This document shows positions 50,601 to 60,651 of a DNA stretch of 64,000 nucleotides, one piece after another. Both the position numbers and the translations under genes were made by a program. Under the pieces are notes generated by a model, which did no database searches, was not told the origin of the DNA, and saw only the letters and a program-made list of their open reading frames with translations. The DNA lies in NCBI GenBank assembly GCA_026770705.1, contig JANJGN010000002.1, positions 42,594,001-42,658,000 of the forward strand, given 5' to 3'. How positions within the stretch are numbered: the stretch's first letter is position 1; each line of letters begins with the position of its first letter. This stretch comes from Isurus oxyrinchus (lineage: Eukaryota).

Positions 50601-53600
50601 CACCACCGTCTTTTCCCCGTAGCCCTGCAAATCTTTTCTCTTCAGATAATTATCCAATATCCTTTCGAAAACTGAGATTGAATTTGCCCCATCACACTTA
50701 TGCAGTACGTTCCAGATCCTAACCACTCACTGTATAAAAATGTTTTTCCTCGTGTCACCACTGGTTCCTTTGCCATTCACCTTAAGTCAGTGTCCTCAGT
50801 TTCCCGCGACTTCCACCAATGGCAAGTTTCACCCTAACTACTCTGTCCAGGCACCTCTTCATTTTCGAGGATCTCTAATCAAAACTCCTCTCAACCTTCT
50901 TTTCTCCAATCAGAACAGCACCAGTTTCACCAATCTATCCATGTAACTGAAGTCCTTCAACCCTGAAACCATTCTATTAAATCTTTCTGCACCCTCTCTA
51001 AGGCCTTCACTCCTCCCTAAGGTCCAGTGTCCAGAAAAGGACACAATGCTCCAGTTGTGTCCAAGCCAGTGTTTTAGAAAGGCTCATCATAACTTCCTTG
51101 CTTTTGTACTTTATACCCTCTAGTTATAAAGTCCAGGATCCACTATGTTTTTTTAACCATTTCCTCAAACTGCGCTATCACCTTCAATGATTTGTGTATA
51201 TATACCCATGGGTTTCTCTGTTCCTGCACTCCATTTAGAATTGTACTCTTTATTTTATATTGCCTCTCCTTTTTCTCCCAACCAAAATGTATCCCATTGC
51301 ACATCTCTGCATTAAATTTTATCTGTCCACCCATTTCACCAGCTCATGTCCTCTTGAAGTTTATCAATGCACTCATTGTTCATTACACTTCCAAAAATGG
51401 TTTCATATGAAAATTTTGAAATTGCACCCTGAAATTGTACACCCAAGTCCAAACTATTAAAATATGTCATGAAAAACAGTGATCTTAGTACTGACCCCTG
51501 GGGAACTCCACTGTATACATTCCTTCAGTCCAAAAAACAACCATTCACCACTACACTGTTTCCTGTTCTTTACCCGATTTCATATTCATGTTGCTCCTTT
51601 TTATTCCATGGGTTTCAACTTTACTGACAAGCCTTGAGGTATTTTAGCAAACACTTTTTGAAAGTCCATATACACGACATCAATCACACTCCCCACATCA
51701 ACCCTCTCTGTAACCTCACCAAATAACTCAATCATGTAAGTTAAACTCAATTTGCCTTTAACAGATCTGTGTTGGCTTTCTTTCATTAATCCATACTGGC
51801 CCAAGCAACTGGTAATTTTGACCTGATTATCATTTCTAAAAGCTTCCCCACCATTGAGGTTAAACTGACTGGTCTGTAATTGCTGGGCTTAATCTTACAG
51901 CCCTTTTTGAACAAGGGTGTAACATCCGCAATTCTCCAGTCCTCTGGCAGCACCCCCATATCTAAAGAGGATTAGAAGATTATGATCAGTACCTCCTTAA
52001 TTCCCAACCTTACTTCCGTCAGCAACCCAGGATGCATCCTATCTGGACGTGCAAGTCTATCTACTTTACGTAGAGCTGGTACCTCCTCTTTATCAATCTT
52101 TAGTCAGAGTGATTTCCAAAATGGTATGCATTTTGGGGAGTCAGAAAGTGTTTTTTATTGTTGTTCAAGTATGTTGTTTAATTATTTTTCTCCTAAATAA
52201 CTGTTTTCTTTAAAAGCTATGCTTTTTGCCTGAATTTCTTTAAGAAAAATAGCTCTAGTTAAATATAGAGTTAAATCATGTGAAGATAAAAGGTATTTGC
52301 CCAAATTTAGTAAACAACGCATTGCACCTTTCGTCTCTATGGTAGTCATTTTTCTGTTAACCATCTGCCTTAAAAAAACAAGTTATATTACTTATTTTGT
52401 AGGGACTCTTCAATCAAAGCATTCTTGACATACTGTAGAAGTGAACCAAAATCCTGATGGAAAAAACCCTAAGCAAAATGTTCCTTTCAAATATATTTGA
52501 CATCAAGACCTAGGGATCCTCCATTTCTTGTGTTTTATAAAACCATTATTTCCTTGGTTGTAACATTTGTTCATTTTCCTCAACCAAGGCAAAGAATTTT
52601 AACTCTACTGGAACTGAGGGGTTGTTGGGGTAGGATATTGATTCGTAGGTGTTCCTTCAATGCCAGAAGCTATTCTAAAAAAAAATCAAAAAATAATTTA
52701 GCAAGTTGAGGGAATTTGGGGCGGCACTCATCCACAGCCCAGGCAAATCTGCTTTAATAGCAGGAACGGCTGGCCTAATTGAATTGAAACTTAATCCCCA
52801 CTCCATCATTTAAATGCCTCCTAAGGCATAGAAAAAGCAGGCAGGGCGGGGGGCAGGATTTTTGCCCCAACATGCAGGCGGGAACAGAGGCAGATTGGCA
52901 CATAATTTCGGGCCACCAGCCCACGTCAGTTGGTCAACACCATCGCGCCCTTGAGCTGTTTCCCTCATGTCGGATCAGGAACGGAATGGCTACCCGCCCA
53001 CAAGCAGCAGGTAGCTTCTTAAGATAATTAAAAGGCCAATTAAGGCCAATGACCAGACACTGACTGGAATTCCAGTCACAACCCACCTTACCCCTCCTCC
53101 ACACTGGTGGTTCAGTAGCTTTGTGGCCATTTTTTATTAAAAAGGTTTTAAAAGTGCTGAGAGTGTGTCTTGTAAGATCAGGCGTGAGAAATTTACTTAC
53201 TCATTTTTATAATGCTGCTCCAGTACTGTTCTGGAAAGAACTTATTTATCTAGCATCTTTCATGTCCTAAAGGGGTCTTGAAACATTCACAGCTATGTTC
53301 AGCCACTGTTTTTACACAACAAAGCAGCAGGCAAATTACTTTCAATCAGGACCCACAAACAGTAAATGAATGAATGAGTGAATGAATGATTAAATATTCT
53401 GTTTTTTGGTGGTGTTTATTGAGTGGGGAATGTTGGCTAGAAACTCAGGAGAAAGAAAACATCTTCCCAGAACAGTTCTATGGAATCTTTAACACCTGTC
53501 TAAACAACTAGATTAATTTTCAGTTCACCATATTATCCAACAGATGCCACCTCCAACATTAAGCACTCCATCAGTATTGCACTGAAGTGTCAGCCTAGGT

Positions 53601-53742
53601 TATATGTTCAATTGCTGCAGTGGTTTCTAGACCAAGCTGACACAATATTCAAATCAATTTGAAAATTAATTGATATATAATTTTATAAAGAGAACGCTTA
53701 CCCAATAACATCTCGCAGATCACGGTCATCGTCATCATCCAT
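16695..53742 (-). CDS. BICRAL: BICRA-like chromatin remodeling complex associated protein (GLTSCR1L), spliced CDS of 11 coding exons, 1284 aa
   Basis: Exons 53742-53702, 48968-48920, 42695-42624, 38139-36148, 30908-30689, 28810-28689, 27544-27483, 26023-25875, 19227-19133, 18812-18710 and 17644-16695 join in frame (3855 nt). Diagnostic motifs: MDDDDD start, QPFDILQKSLQEANIT, the GLTSCR1 domain, and the C-terminus ETDSILEAAVNSILEC, which matches BICRAL rather than BICRA. Confidence 0.96.
18710..18812 (-). CDS. BICRAL: BICRAL coding exon 10 (RVNPSAEMVMIDRVFNQDEKAALNQDKRFSLEDS)
   Basis: ctttag| acceptor and G|gtgagt donor; PSAEMVMIDR motif. Confidence 0.96.
19133..19227 (-). CDS. BICRAL: BICRAL coding exon 9 (VDNEFETVSVQLLKRTQMMLSKYRRLLLEDAM)
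   Basis: accag| acceptor and ATG|gtaagc donor; GLTSCR1 domain core. Confidence 0.96.
20400..22500 (-). mobile_element. Very old LINE (L2-like) remnant
   Basis: Only faint motifs, e.g. IVIGDYSV near 22240 resembling the APE endonuclease GDFN motif. Boundaries are uncertain. Confidence 0.3.
23500..25590 (-). mobile_element. PIF/Harbinger transposon remnant, copy 2
   Basis: Minus-strand ALSVSTKTTAAMNFYTFGSFQ...NISQFATHLIIREVTEAL and YLNRKDLNSLNVQLLCN are HARBI1-like; ATG 25120. Confidence 0.88.
25875..26023 (-). CDS. BICRAL: BICRAL coding exon 8, start of the GLTSCR1 domain (ILQQLQEEQKNVLQPDYKTPFSSLEDAMQRLLPYHVFQG)
   Basis: caaag| acceptor and G|gtattt donor; strong match to the GLTSCR1 domain. 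Confidence 0.95.
27483..27544 (-). CDS. BICRAL: BICRAL coding exon 7 (FEGQNVGQKRPATKQLTKES)
   Basis: ttctag| acceptor and TT|gtatgt donor; matches GQKRPAAKQLTK. Confidence 0.92.
28689..28810 (-). CDS. BICRAL: BICRAL coding exon 6 (VQMSDSQLHKT...QPEIQKISQ)
   Basis: ttacag| acceptor and CAA|gtaggt donor; phases 1/0 bridge exons 5 and 7 exactly. The sequence itself is poorly conserved. Confidence 0.75.
29505..30415. repeat. Probable non-autonomous DNA element containing a G-rich (GGGTAA/GGTCA)n low-complexity tract at ~29810-30140
   Basis: Repeated gggtaag and ggtcagg units; right end aagatctgggcc resembles the other MITE termini in the window. Confidence 0.5.
30689..30908 (-). CDS. BICRAL: BICRAL coding exon 5 (APKKMMATS...GDGIRQPHIPSILSNAGILGKATCL)
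   Basis: ttgcag|GCT acceptor and A|gtaagt donor; DGIRQPHIPSILS resembles DGLRQAQIPGLLS. Confidence 0.87.
31320..33950. mobile_element. PIF/Harbinger transposon remnant, copy 3: Myb/SANT-like gene (+, ~31600-32300) convergent with the transposase (-, 33505 to ~32500)
   Basis: + strand REQAPKYSELILKAL (Myb/SANT-like start). - strand LSEEQCVRCLCF, GTIDCKHITL and FHSLDVQL (HARBI1 DDE motifs). Both are disrupted. Confidence 0.85.
33991..34109. mobile_element. Short palindromic MITE (~119 bp)
   Basis: aggcgaaattcaaa / tttgaatttcacct: 14-bp TIR with one mismatch. Confidence 0.65.
34295..35483 (-). mobile_element. LINE family A, 5'-truncated, best-preserved RT segment
   Basis: ORF 34872..35339 VPLGSVLDPTIFSCFINDLP...GMFADDCTMF...QQDLDNIQAWADNWQV; family A tail at ~34300. 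Confidence 0.93.
36148..38139 (-). CDS. BICRAL: BICRAL coding exon 4 (large Q/S/N-rich low-complexity exon, 664 codons)
   Basis: tttttcag|AGT acceptor is in frame with ORF 36124..38046; donor CAA|gtaggt. Motifs include QPFDILQKSLQEANIT, LPLHNIIIQRG and SQVASECVLTNRNSS. Confidence 0.95.
38715..39070 (-). mobile_element. CR1 3' end
   Basis: gaaataggagaagtagtagcccattcagccc...gatcatggctgatct is the reverse of a CR1 tail. Confidence 0.85.
41660..41900 (+). mobile_element. DeuSINE fragment
   Basis: ggctgacacttcagtgcagaactgagggaaggctgcactactgcaggtatcaccttttgaatgagatattaaagtgaggccc (Deu domain). Confidence 0.7.
42624..42695 (-). CDS. BICRAL: BICRAL coding exon 3 (IDEDDLLGSACTIDNSNSLFADAI)
   Basis: ttcacag| acceptor and |gtaagt donor; 72 nt, phase 0/0; NSNSLFA resembles NSNSIFA of BICRAL. 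Confidence 0.9.
42735..43322 (-). mobile_element. L2-type 3' end with an embedded LINE family A fragment (~42870-43125)
   Basis: aacaacaaatggcatttataaagcacct...gatcaaagaggtaggtttcaaggag flank a segment reading AVHAHVQKDLHIIQA. Confidence 0.65.
43335..48325 (-). mobile_element. Near full-length RTE LINE: body on - (47070 to 43335), with 5' UTR and endonuclease N-terminus inverted on + (~47090-48325)
   Basis: - strand DTDHSLV, GKALGAD, NGVKQGCILVPTFF and RELLYSDD. + strand LASWNART and ELHRLSIDIASLKEIRL...VGFAVRN. Confidence 0.88.
43590..44860 (-). mobile_element. LINE family A with 5' inversion, inserted into the RTE
   Basis: 43590-44065 is the 3' end on -; 44066-44860 is the RT region on + (AQFGFLRGHS, ALDIKATFD, QGSVLG). 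Confidence 0.88.
48920..48968 (-). CDS. BICRAL: BICRAL coding exon 2 (DVQALNDFLHGPGSQE)
   Basis: ttatag|C acceptor and GAA|gtaagt donor; 49 nt; matches the DPQALNxFLHG motif. Confidence 0.93.
50510..52110 (-). mobile_element. CR1 LINE 3' part
   Basis: VDVGSVIDVVYMDFQKVFAKIP and QIKFNAEMCNGIHFG; CR1 tail near 50520. Confidence 0.9.
53250..53640 (-). mobile_element. DeuSINE copy adjacent to BICRAL coding exon 1
   Basis: Reverse complement ctaggctgacacttcagtgcaatactgatggagtgctt...ggaggtggcatctgttggat (Deu domain). Confidence 0.65.
53702..53742 (-). CDS. BICRAL: BICRAL coding exon 1 (MDDDDDRDLRDVIG)
   Basis: Acceptor ttttccag|TTGTC ATG (exon starts 53747, so an upstream non-coding exon is implied); donor GG|gtaagc; ends phase 2. 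Confidence 0.93.
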
Positions 53743-54571
53743 GACAACTGGAAAAGACGCAAGATTAGAATAATACTTTTTGCTTTCAACTAGCTATTAC
53801 AAAATTATAATTCAGAATTTTGCACTACCATATATGAGCAAACCACACTGGCTGAACATGAACCCTGCTATTAGGGCCTCCACAGGATGAGCAATTTCTA
53901 GGGTTAATAATTTTCTTTGAAACTGTATGATACTGTTTATATCTAGCTTTTCAATTCAAGGCTTCTACTATCAGGTGCGTTGACTCAGAGGATTGTGAAT
54001 CTTTGGAATTCTCAACTCCATAGGGCTGTGGATGCACCATCGTCAAGTATATTTGAATAGATAGGTTTCTAATCTCAGCAAATCAAGGGATAGGTGAATT
54101 GGGTAGGAAAGTGGAGTAGAGGCTATCAAAACATCCCCAGCCCATCCTTGAAAATGACTGAATTTATGCATAACACTTTTGTTAAACGTACAAATGGTGT
54201 GCTGTATGTTAGAATACCGAACCAATGCTGAACTAGCTTGTGTTGTTTATAGTTGTAGTCGCAATATGTAACAGCTATAGAAAATCATCAAATAATATGT
54301 GTGTTATGATAGGAAAATAATTTGCTTTTTACAAACATGATTTAAATAACCAGATAAAATGTAAGAATTACCATATAATAGGAAAGCTGATTGGCTTAAT
54401 GACCAACCAGGTATAGTAAACTGTATTTGCTGAGGCTCCCTTAGTTACATGCTTAAATCGGGCCATAGTCTTACTCAACGTCTTACAAAGAGCTTCCAAT
54501 AGCAGACAGCAGGTGATGGGATTTATACAGAATTATTTATTCCTAAAAGAATTCCAAGCTGTAAAAACATT

Positions 54572-55116
54572 GGGGAAAATTTCCCCCCACATTGGGAGGG
54601 GGGGCCAAAGTGCAGGCAGGCGCGCCTCTGATCGGGGTCCCCAATTGGGGGCACGCCGCCATTTTACGTGGCAGGCTAATTAAGGCCCAGAGGCTAAGTG
54701 CTGCCTCAGGGAGATCGGCAAATGATAGCAACATTTCCCTGACATGTCCCCTCATGTGATACTGTCACACGAGTTAGGTCATGTCCATCACTTTTACTGA
54801 AACCTTTATTAAATATTTAAAAACCTACATGAAACCTCATCCCACCCATGAATGAGGTTTCATGCTTTTTCTTAAGCCCGCCAGGGGTTAAAGTTGGACG
54901 GGCAGGTCCATTAATGAGCTTGATTACTTTTTAAATGGCCTCAATAGGCCGTTGACAGGTCGGTGGGCACCCAGCTGACTTGGCTGCATCCCCACCGAAC
55001 TGAAAATGTAAGTGACGCGGGGTGATGTCGGGAGTCCCACCCAACGTCATCCTGTATCAGTTTACGTGTCGGCAAGCAGACCCCGCCCCTCGACTGCCGG
55101 CCAGAAGATCCTCCCC
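54572..55116. mobile_element. Harbinger-type MITE (hairpin family, copy 1)
   Basis: ATT|ggggaaaatttt ... aagatcctcccc|ATT: imperfect TIR and 3-bp TSD, consistent with PIF/Harbinger. Confidence 0.78.
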
Positions 55117-56186
55117 ATTAGGTTGAATTTTTGGGCCCCACAACACTGGGAACGGGGGCAGACCAGGCCTGAATATTACGAGGCCAGCCAGCATGCCAGC
55201 TTCCCAGCCCTGTTCCTAATGTTGGTCATTTTGACTGACATGGATCTGGAGCCTGGAAAGATTGCCCACACCCACAAGGTAGACAGGCAATTAAGTTAAT
55301 TCAGAGCTTTGTTAAAGGCAGGCTGTCTGGGATTTTTCAGTCAGCCTTCCATGTTCGATGCCATTGGGGGAAGATTGACTGCCTGGAGGCAGCCACCCAA
55401 CAGGGTGACAGCACTCCTGGTAGGTCTAAGGCCCTCCCTACCTATCTGGGTAGGGGCACAACAAAAGGTCGTTCTATCGAGATGCTTCACCACCACCCCC
55501 CCAACAGTGGTGGCCTGGTTGCCTTTTGTAATTTTTTAAATTAACTTTTTTTAAATTTTTGCCAAATCCTTGAAAGGTTATACATTGAGAGGCTGAGATT
55601 CGCCTTTGCAAGTACAAGCTCAAAGATTAATCTGGATTAGTTCTAAGATTCATTTGTTATTTATTTTTAAAAATCTTCCTTACTTTATTATTTATTTTTA
55701 AAAGCAATTTCACTGCACTCTTACTTCTCCAATCATGCCACATTCACTTTTTATTTTATCTTTAAAGATTTTGGGAACCAATTCCCTAATCCAGCCTGGC
55801 AGGACATCACTGACTATTACGCCACTGACTGCATCGGCACAAGTGCGGGTAGCCAGGGTAAAGATTGACAGGAAAAATGGTAATGGAACAATGGGTGATC
55901 TTTAAGGAAGAGATGCTTCAGTTACAGGCTAGGTACATTCCAACAAGGGTGAAAGGTAAGGGAGCCAAAAGCAGGGGTCCTTGGATGATGAGAGTAATAG
56001 AGATTATGATGAAACAAAAAAGGATGCATGATGCATATCAGGTGAATTCTTCAAGTGAAAACCAGGTCAAATACAATAAGTTGCGAGGAGAGGTGAAGAG
56101 GAAAATAAGGCTGGCAAAGAAGGTGTGTGAGAATAGACTGACAGTCAACATAAAAGGGAACCCAAAAAATCTTCTACCAGCATGTA

Positions 56187-56756
56187 AATAGTAAACATGC
56201 GCTTCCTGTGCGGGTGGTGGGGGAGGGAATCCCCAGCTGTCAAAGTGCGCTCTTTCGCGCATGCACGCGAAAGAGCGCACTGCTCCCTAAGACAAAGTGC
56301 TGTTTCAGGGAGATTACTGACGGTGCACAAAAGTTAAAAAATAGAGAAATAAAAATATTACTAACATGTCCCCCTCATGTGACAATGTCACTCAAGATGG
56401 GACATGTTAATAAACATCAATTACATTTATTAAAGTTTTTAAAAAGGAACATGATTCCTCATCCTGCCAATGGATGAGGTTTCTTGTATTATCAGAAGCC
56501 CCCTAGGGCTCCTGGCCTGCCCTCCAGCCTTAAGGTTGGATGGACAGGGCCTTTAATTACTTTAATTACCCTGTCAATGACATCAATTGGCCATTGACAG
56601 GTCGGCGGGCAGACAGCTGATTTCGCTGCCCGCCCGCCTTCCTGAAAATTTAAAGGGACCAGGATGAGGTCAGGGGTTCCTCCCGACGTCATCCCACATC
56701 ATTTTCCATCGGCGAGTGGGCCCTGCCCCCAAATCGCTGACGGGAAAATTCTGGCC
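56187..56756. mobile_element. Harbinger-type MITE (hairpin family, copy 2), left end lost
   Basis: Aligns with 54700-55116; right end gggaaaattctggcc. Confidence 0.75.
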
Positions 56757-56909
56757 AATGTGTTCTTTGTATCTGTGTTTACTAAGGAATAGGAATCTGA
56801 CAAAATATTGGTAGAAGCGGAGATACTGGAGGCAATGGATAGTGTGAAAATTGAAAGGGAGGAGGTACTGGAAATGCTGGCAATGCTTCGGGTAGATAAG
56901 TCACCTGGT

Positions 56910-57283
56910 TAGGGAGGGAAATGGTGGTGTAGTGTTAATGTCACTGCAATAGTGATCCAGAGGCCCAAGCTAATGCTCTGGGGTACATGGGCTCAAATCC
57001 CACCGTAGTAGCTGGTGGAATTTGAATTCATTTAATAAATCTGCAATTAAGAGCTAGTAGTCAGTAATAAGAACCATGACACTATATGGTTCACTAATAC
57101 CCTTTAGAGAAGGAAATCTGCTGTCCTTATCTAGTCTGGCCTACATGTGACTCCAGACCCACAGTAATGTGGTTGACTCTTAAATGCCCTCTGAAATGGC
57201 TGAGCAAGCCACTCAGCTCAAGGGCAATTAGGGATGGGCAACCAATGCTGGTCTTGCCAGCATCCCAGAAAGAATTTAAAAAA
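56910..57283 (+). mobile_element. tRNA-derived SINE with a LINE family A tail
   Basis: A box tggtgtagtg (~56925), B box gggctcaaatcc (56989-57000); tail agggcaattagggatgggcaaccaatgctggtcttgccagc. Confidence 0.85.
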
Positions 57284-60200
57284 TCCCAGGTTGCTAAAGG
57301 AAGTGAGGGTGGAATGGCTTGCCTTAATTTGTCAAGCTTCCCTAGATATGGGGAAGACGCTAGAGAACTGGCAAATCCTTACTCGAGAAGGGGTGCAAGG
57401 CCGGTCCAAGCAGCAGAGGTCAGTTAGTCGAACATCAGTGGTGGCAATGGTTTGGGAAACAATAATCAGGGATAAAAAATCAACAGGTACTTGGAGAGGT
57501 TCGAGAAATTAAGGAAAGCCAGCATGGATTTGAAAAAGGCAGATTGTGCCTGACTAATCTAATTGAACTTTTTGATGAAGTAACAGAGAAGGTTGGTGAA
57601 GGGAATGCAGTGGATATTGTCTACATGGATTTTAAGAAAGCATTTGACAAGGTACCACATAAAAGGCTGGTGAACAAAACTGAGGCTTAAAAAAATAGGA
57701 AGGTCAGTGTGCAATTGGATAAAATAAAAAAATGGCTTAAGGACAGAAAGCAGTGAGTCGTGGTAGACGGTTCATTTTTGGACTGGAGGGGGGAAGACAA
57801 TGGTTTTCCTCAAGAGTCAGTGCTAGGATCACTGCTTCTTTTGCTATATACAAATGATTTGGATCTTGAAATATGGAGTAAAATTTCAAAATTTACCAAT
57901 GATACCAACTGAGGAGTGGCAAACTGTGAGGATCACACGAACTGTCTACAACGTCGATAGGCTCAGCAGAATGGGCAGACAAATGGAAGATGCAATTTAA
58001 TGCAGAGAAGTGTGAGGTGAGGCATTTTGGCAGATGGGATAGGGAGAGGTAATATAGACTTAATGGCACAATTATAAAGTTTGTGCAAGAGCAAATGCAC
58101 CTGGGGATGCATGTGTATTGATCTTTTAAGGAGACAGGACATATTGAGAGAGTGGTCAGCAAAGCATATGGGATCTTGGGCTTCATAAATATGAGCATCA
58201 AGTAAAAGCAGGGAAAGCATGCTGAATCTATATAAATCTTTGGTTAGGCCCCAACTAGAATGCTGCACCCAGTTCTGGCCACCACAATTTAGGAAAGATG
58301 GGAATGTCATTGGGAGGGTGTAGAGGAGATTTACCAGAATGGTCTCAAGGGTGGGGTTGGGGGGCAGCGGGAGGGAGGGGCATTTAGATACAAAGTTAGG
58401 GTGGAAAGACTGGGGTTGTTCGCCTTGGAGTAAAGGAGATAATGGGGAGATTTGATAGAAGTGTGTAAGATTATGACAGGCTTAGATAAGGTAGACAAGG
58501 AAAAACTTTTCCCATTAGTTGATAGTACAAGGGCTAGGGGACACAAGATTTAAGATTTTGAGCAAGAGATACACAGGGAATGTGAAGAAGAACTATTTTA
58601 CGCTGCAAATGGTAATGACCTGGAACTCTCTGTCCACGAGGATGGCAGTTGTGAAAAGAATCAATGATTTCAAAAGGAAATTGGATGGGCACTTAAAGGA
58701 AATAAACTTGCAGGGACCAAGCAAGGGAGTGGGACTGACTAGATTGCTCTGCAGGGAGCAAGCATGAACTCAATGGGCTGAATGGCCTCCTGCACTGTAA
58801 ATAGCTCCATAACTCTATGAGCTCCCCCTGGTCTTGCAGCAAATATAGATGCAGCAAAAGTCTAAAAACCTTTATATAGTGGTTCCTCTAGAGACATTGA
58901 AAAAAGCTGAAATGGCCATTAATGCAAATATATGGTTATAACAGCATGTAAAATCCTTTGTCCAAGGACCTATAACAGTGCATTTACTGAAAGTGCATTA
59001 ACTTTTCTATGGCTTCCCAAATGGCTGCATGAAAATCGACATTATTAAGGTCCTTGGCTATTACAGGAGGATGCCAGCCAGATCACTCTGTGCCCACACA
59101 CTGGTATCTGCAAATACAAAGGGAACGTAATTTAGCTTGGCAGGCAATTAATACATCTGGAGGCTCTTCTTCTCAAAGGAAACTGGGACGACAGACCGGA
59201 CATTAAGCTTTCAGTAGCACTGCATGAAAGAAAACATGCAAGAATATGCAGAACTAGTGTCTCTTGATTGGACATTCTCATCAAGATGGCACCAATCATT
59301 TTGCAAGGCTTGGCACATTGAACTATGTGGAATCATCTTCTCAGGGTCTGGTCAGAGGAGAGGTTGATGCAGAGTTGTCATAGCACAACAGTGTTGTTAA
59401 CTTGGCTCCACCTCCTTGCAAACATAACACAGTGCTAACCAATGGAGATGGACACAATGCTTTATGGGCAGCCACCTCATGCAACATCTAACCAATTGAG
59501 ATGGTGCTGGGTGTTCAATCACAAAACTGTAGTTTCATATCTGCATGTTGGGTTCCCTTTCTGTTCATCTTTGCATGTCTCTTCTTGATCCCCTATTTCT
59601 TCAACCTTTACAGAAGGTTAATAGATTGAGAAGCTTCTTAAGACTCTCCAGAACATTAAAAAAATTCTCCTTTGTCACCTGCCAAATACCTCATACGCAG
59701 TTTTTAAATTGCACATAAGTGTGCTCCCTAGTCTCATCATTTGAAGTTCTGCTAATTAAGTGACCTCAAGAAACTATGTACAAAAAGTGCATTTCCATTT
59801 GAGTCTGCTTAAAACCTGCCAATACTCATTCTGACAAATAATGACACTATTGGAGATCTGGGTTGTGATTTAGCTGAGAACAAGTGTTTTCTGCAGCAAA
59901 GCATCTGGTATCTTGTGGGTTAGGATGAAAATCTACAAATCTAGAAATGGATCAGAAATAACTTTTGTAGTTTAATAGATCTGGTACAACCTAAGCACAA
60001 CTTTCTCTGCCATTTAAAAGATTTTGCTAACAAATTGAAAATGTACAACATTGGATATGGTCCTCGAAACTTGGAAAGAATGAAGCTGCATTTACATAAC
60101 GCCTTTCAATTTCTCAGGATATCACAAAGCACTTCACAGACAATTACTTTTGATTACCCTGCTTTACATAGCATTTATGCTTCTTGAGGTAAATGTACCT

Positions 60201-60651
60201 TGTCAATTATGATTAAGCAGACTCTCAATAATCTTCGTGGAACTCTTGAACTTGCACCTAACTGTCCTATTTATTTTATAAGCATAATATATCTGGTATC
60301 TGACCATGTGGGCCTGAATCCAAACTATTTTCATCAAACTGCATTAGTTTTTTTGATTCTTTATTCAAGGGTGGAATTCTGGAAAAGCTACTCTCACATT
60401 TCTGTTTACACATAAGAACATAGCAATGTAACAAATAGGAGCGGGAGCAGGGCCTGCTCTGCCATACAATAAGATCATGCTGATCTGATTGTGATCTCAA
60501 TTCCCCTTTCCTGCCTGCCCCCCCATAACCCACCACTCCCTTGTAGGTCAAAAATCTGCCCACCTCCGCTTTGAATATATTGCCCAGCATCCACTGGTCT
60601 CTGTGGAAGAGAATCCAAAGATTAACAACTCTCTGAAAGAAAAAATTCCTC

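Larger units (their letters stand above)
55855..58822 (+). mobile_element. CR1 LINE carrying a nested MITE and SINE
   Basis: QARYIPTRVKG...PWMMR; VDIVYMDFKKAFDKVPHKRL (57610-57670); CR1 tail atgggctgaatggcctcc...ctctatga. Confidence 0.9.

Noticed and set aside
16695-53742. Calling the gene BICRA (GLTSCR1)
   Set aside because: Exon 4 is colinear with BICRAL and lacks the Pro-rich tracts of BICRA; the LLLEDAM, RVFNQDE and AAVNSILEC motifs are BICRAL-type.
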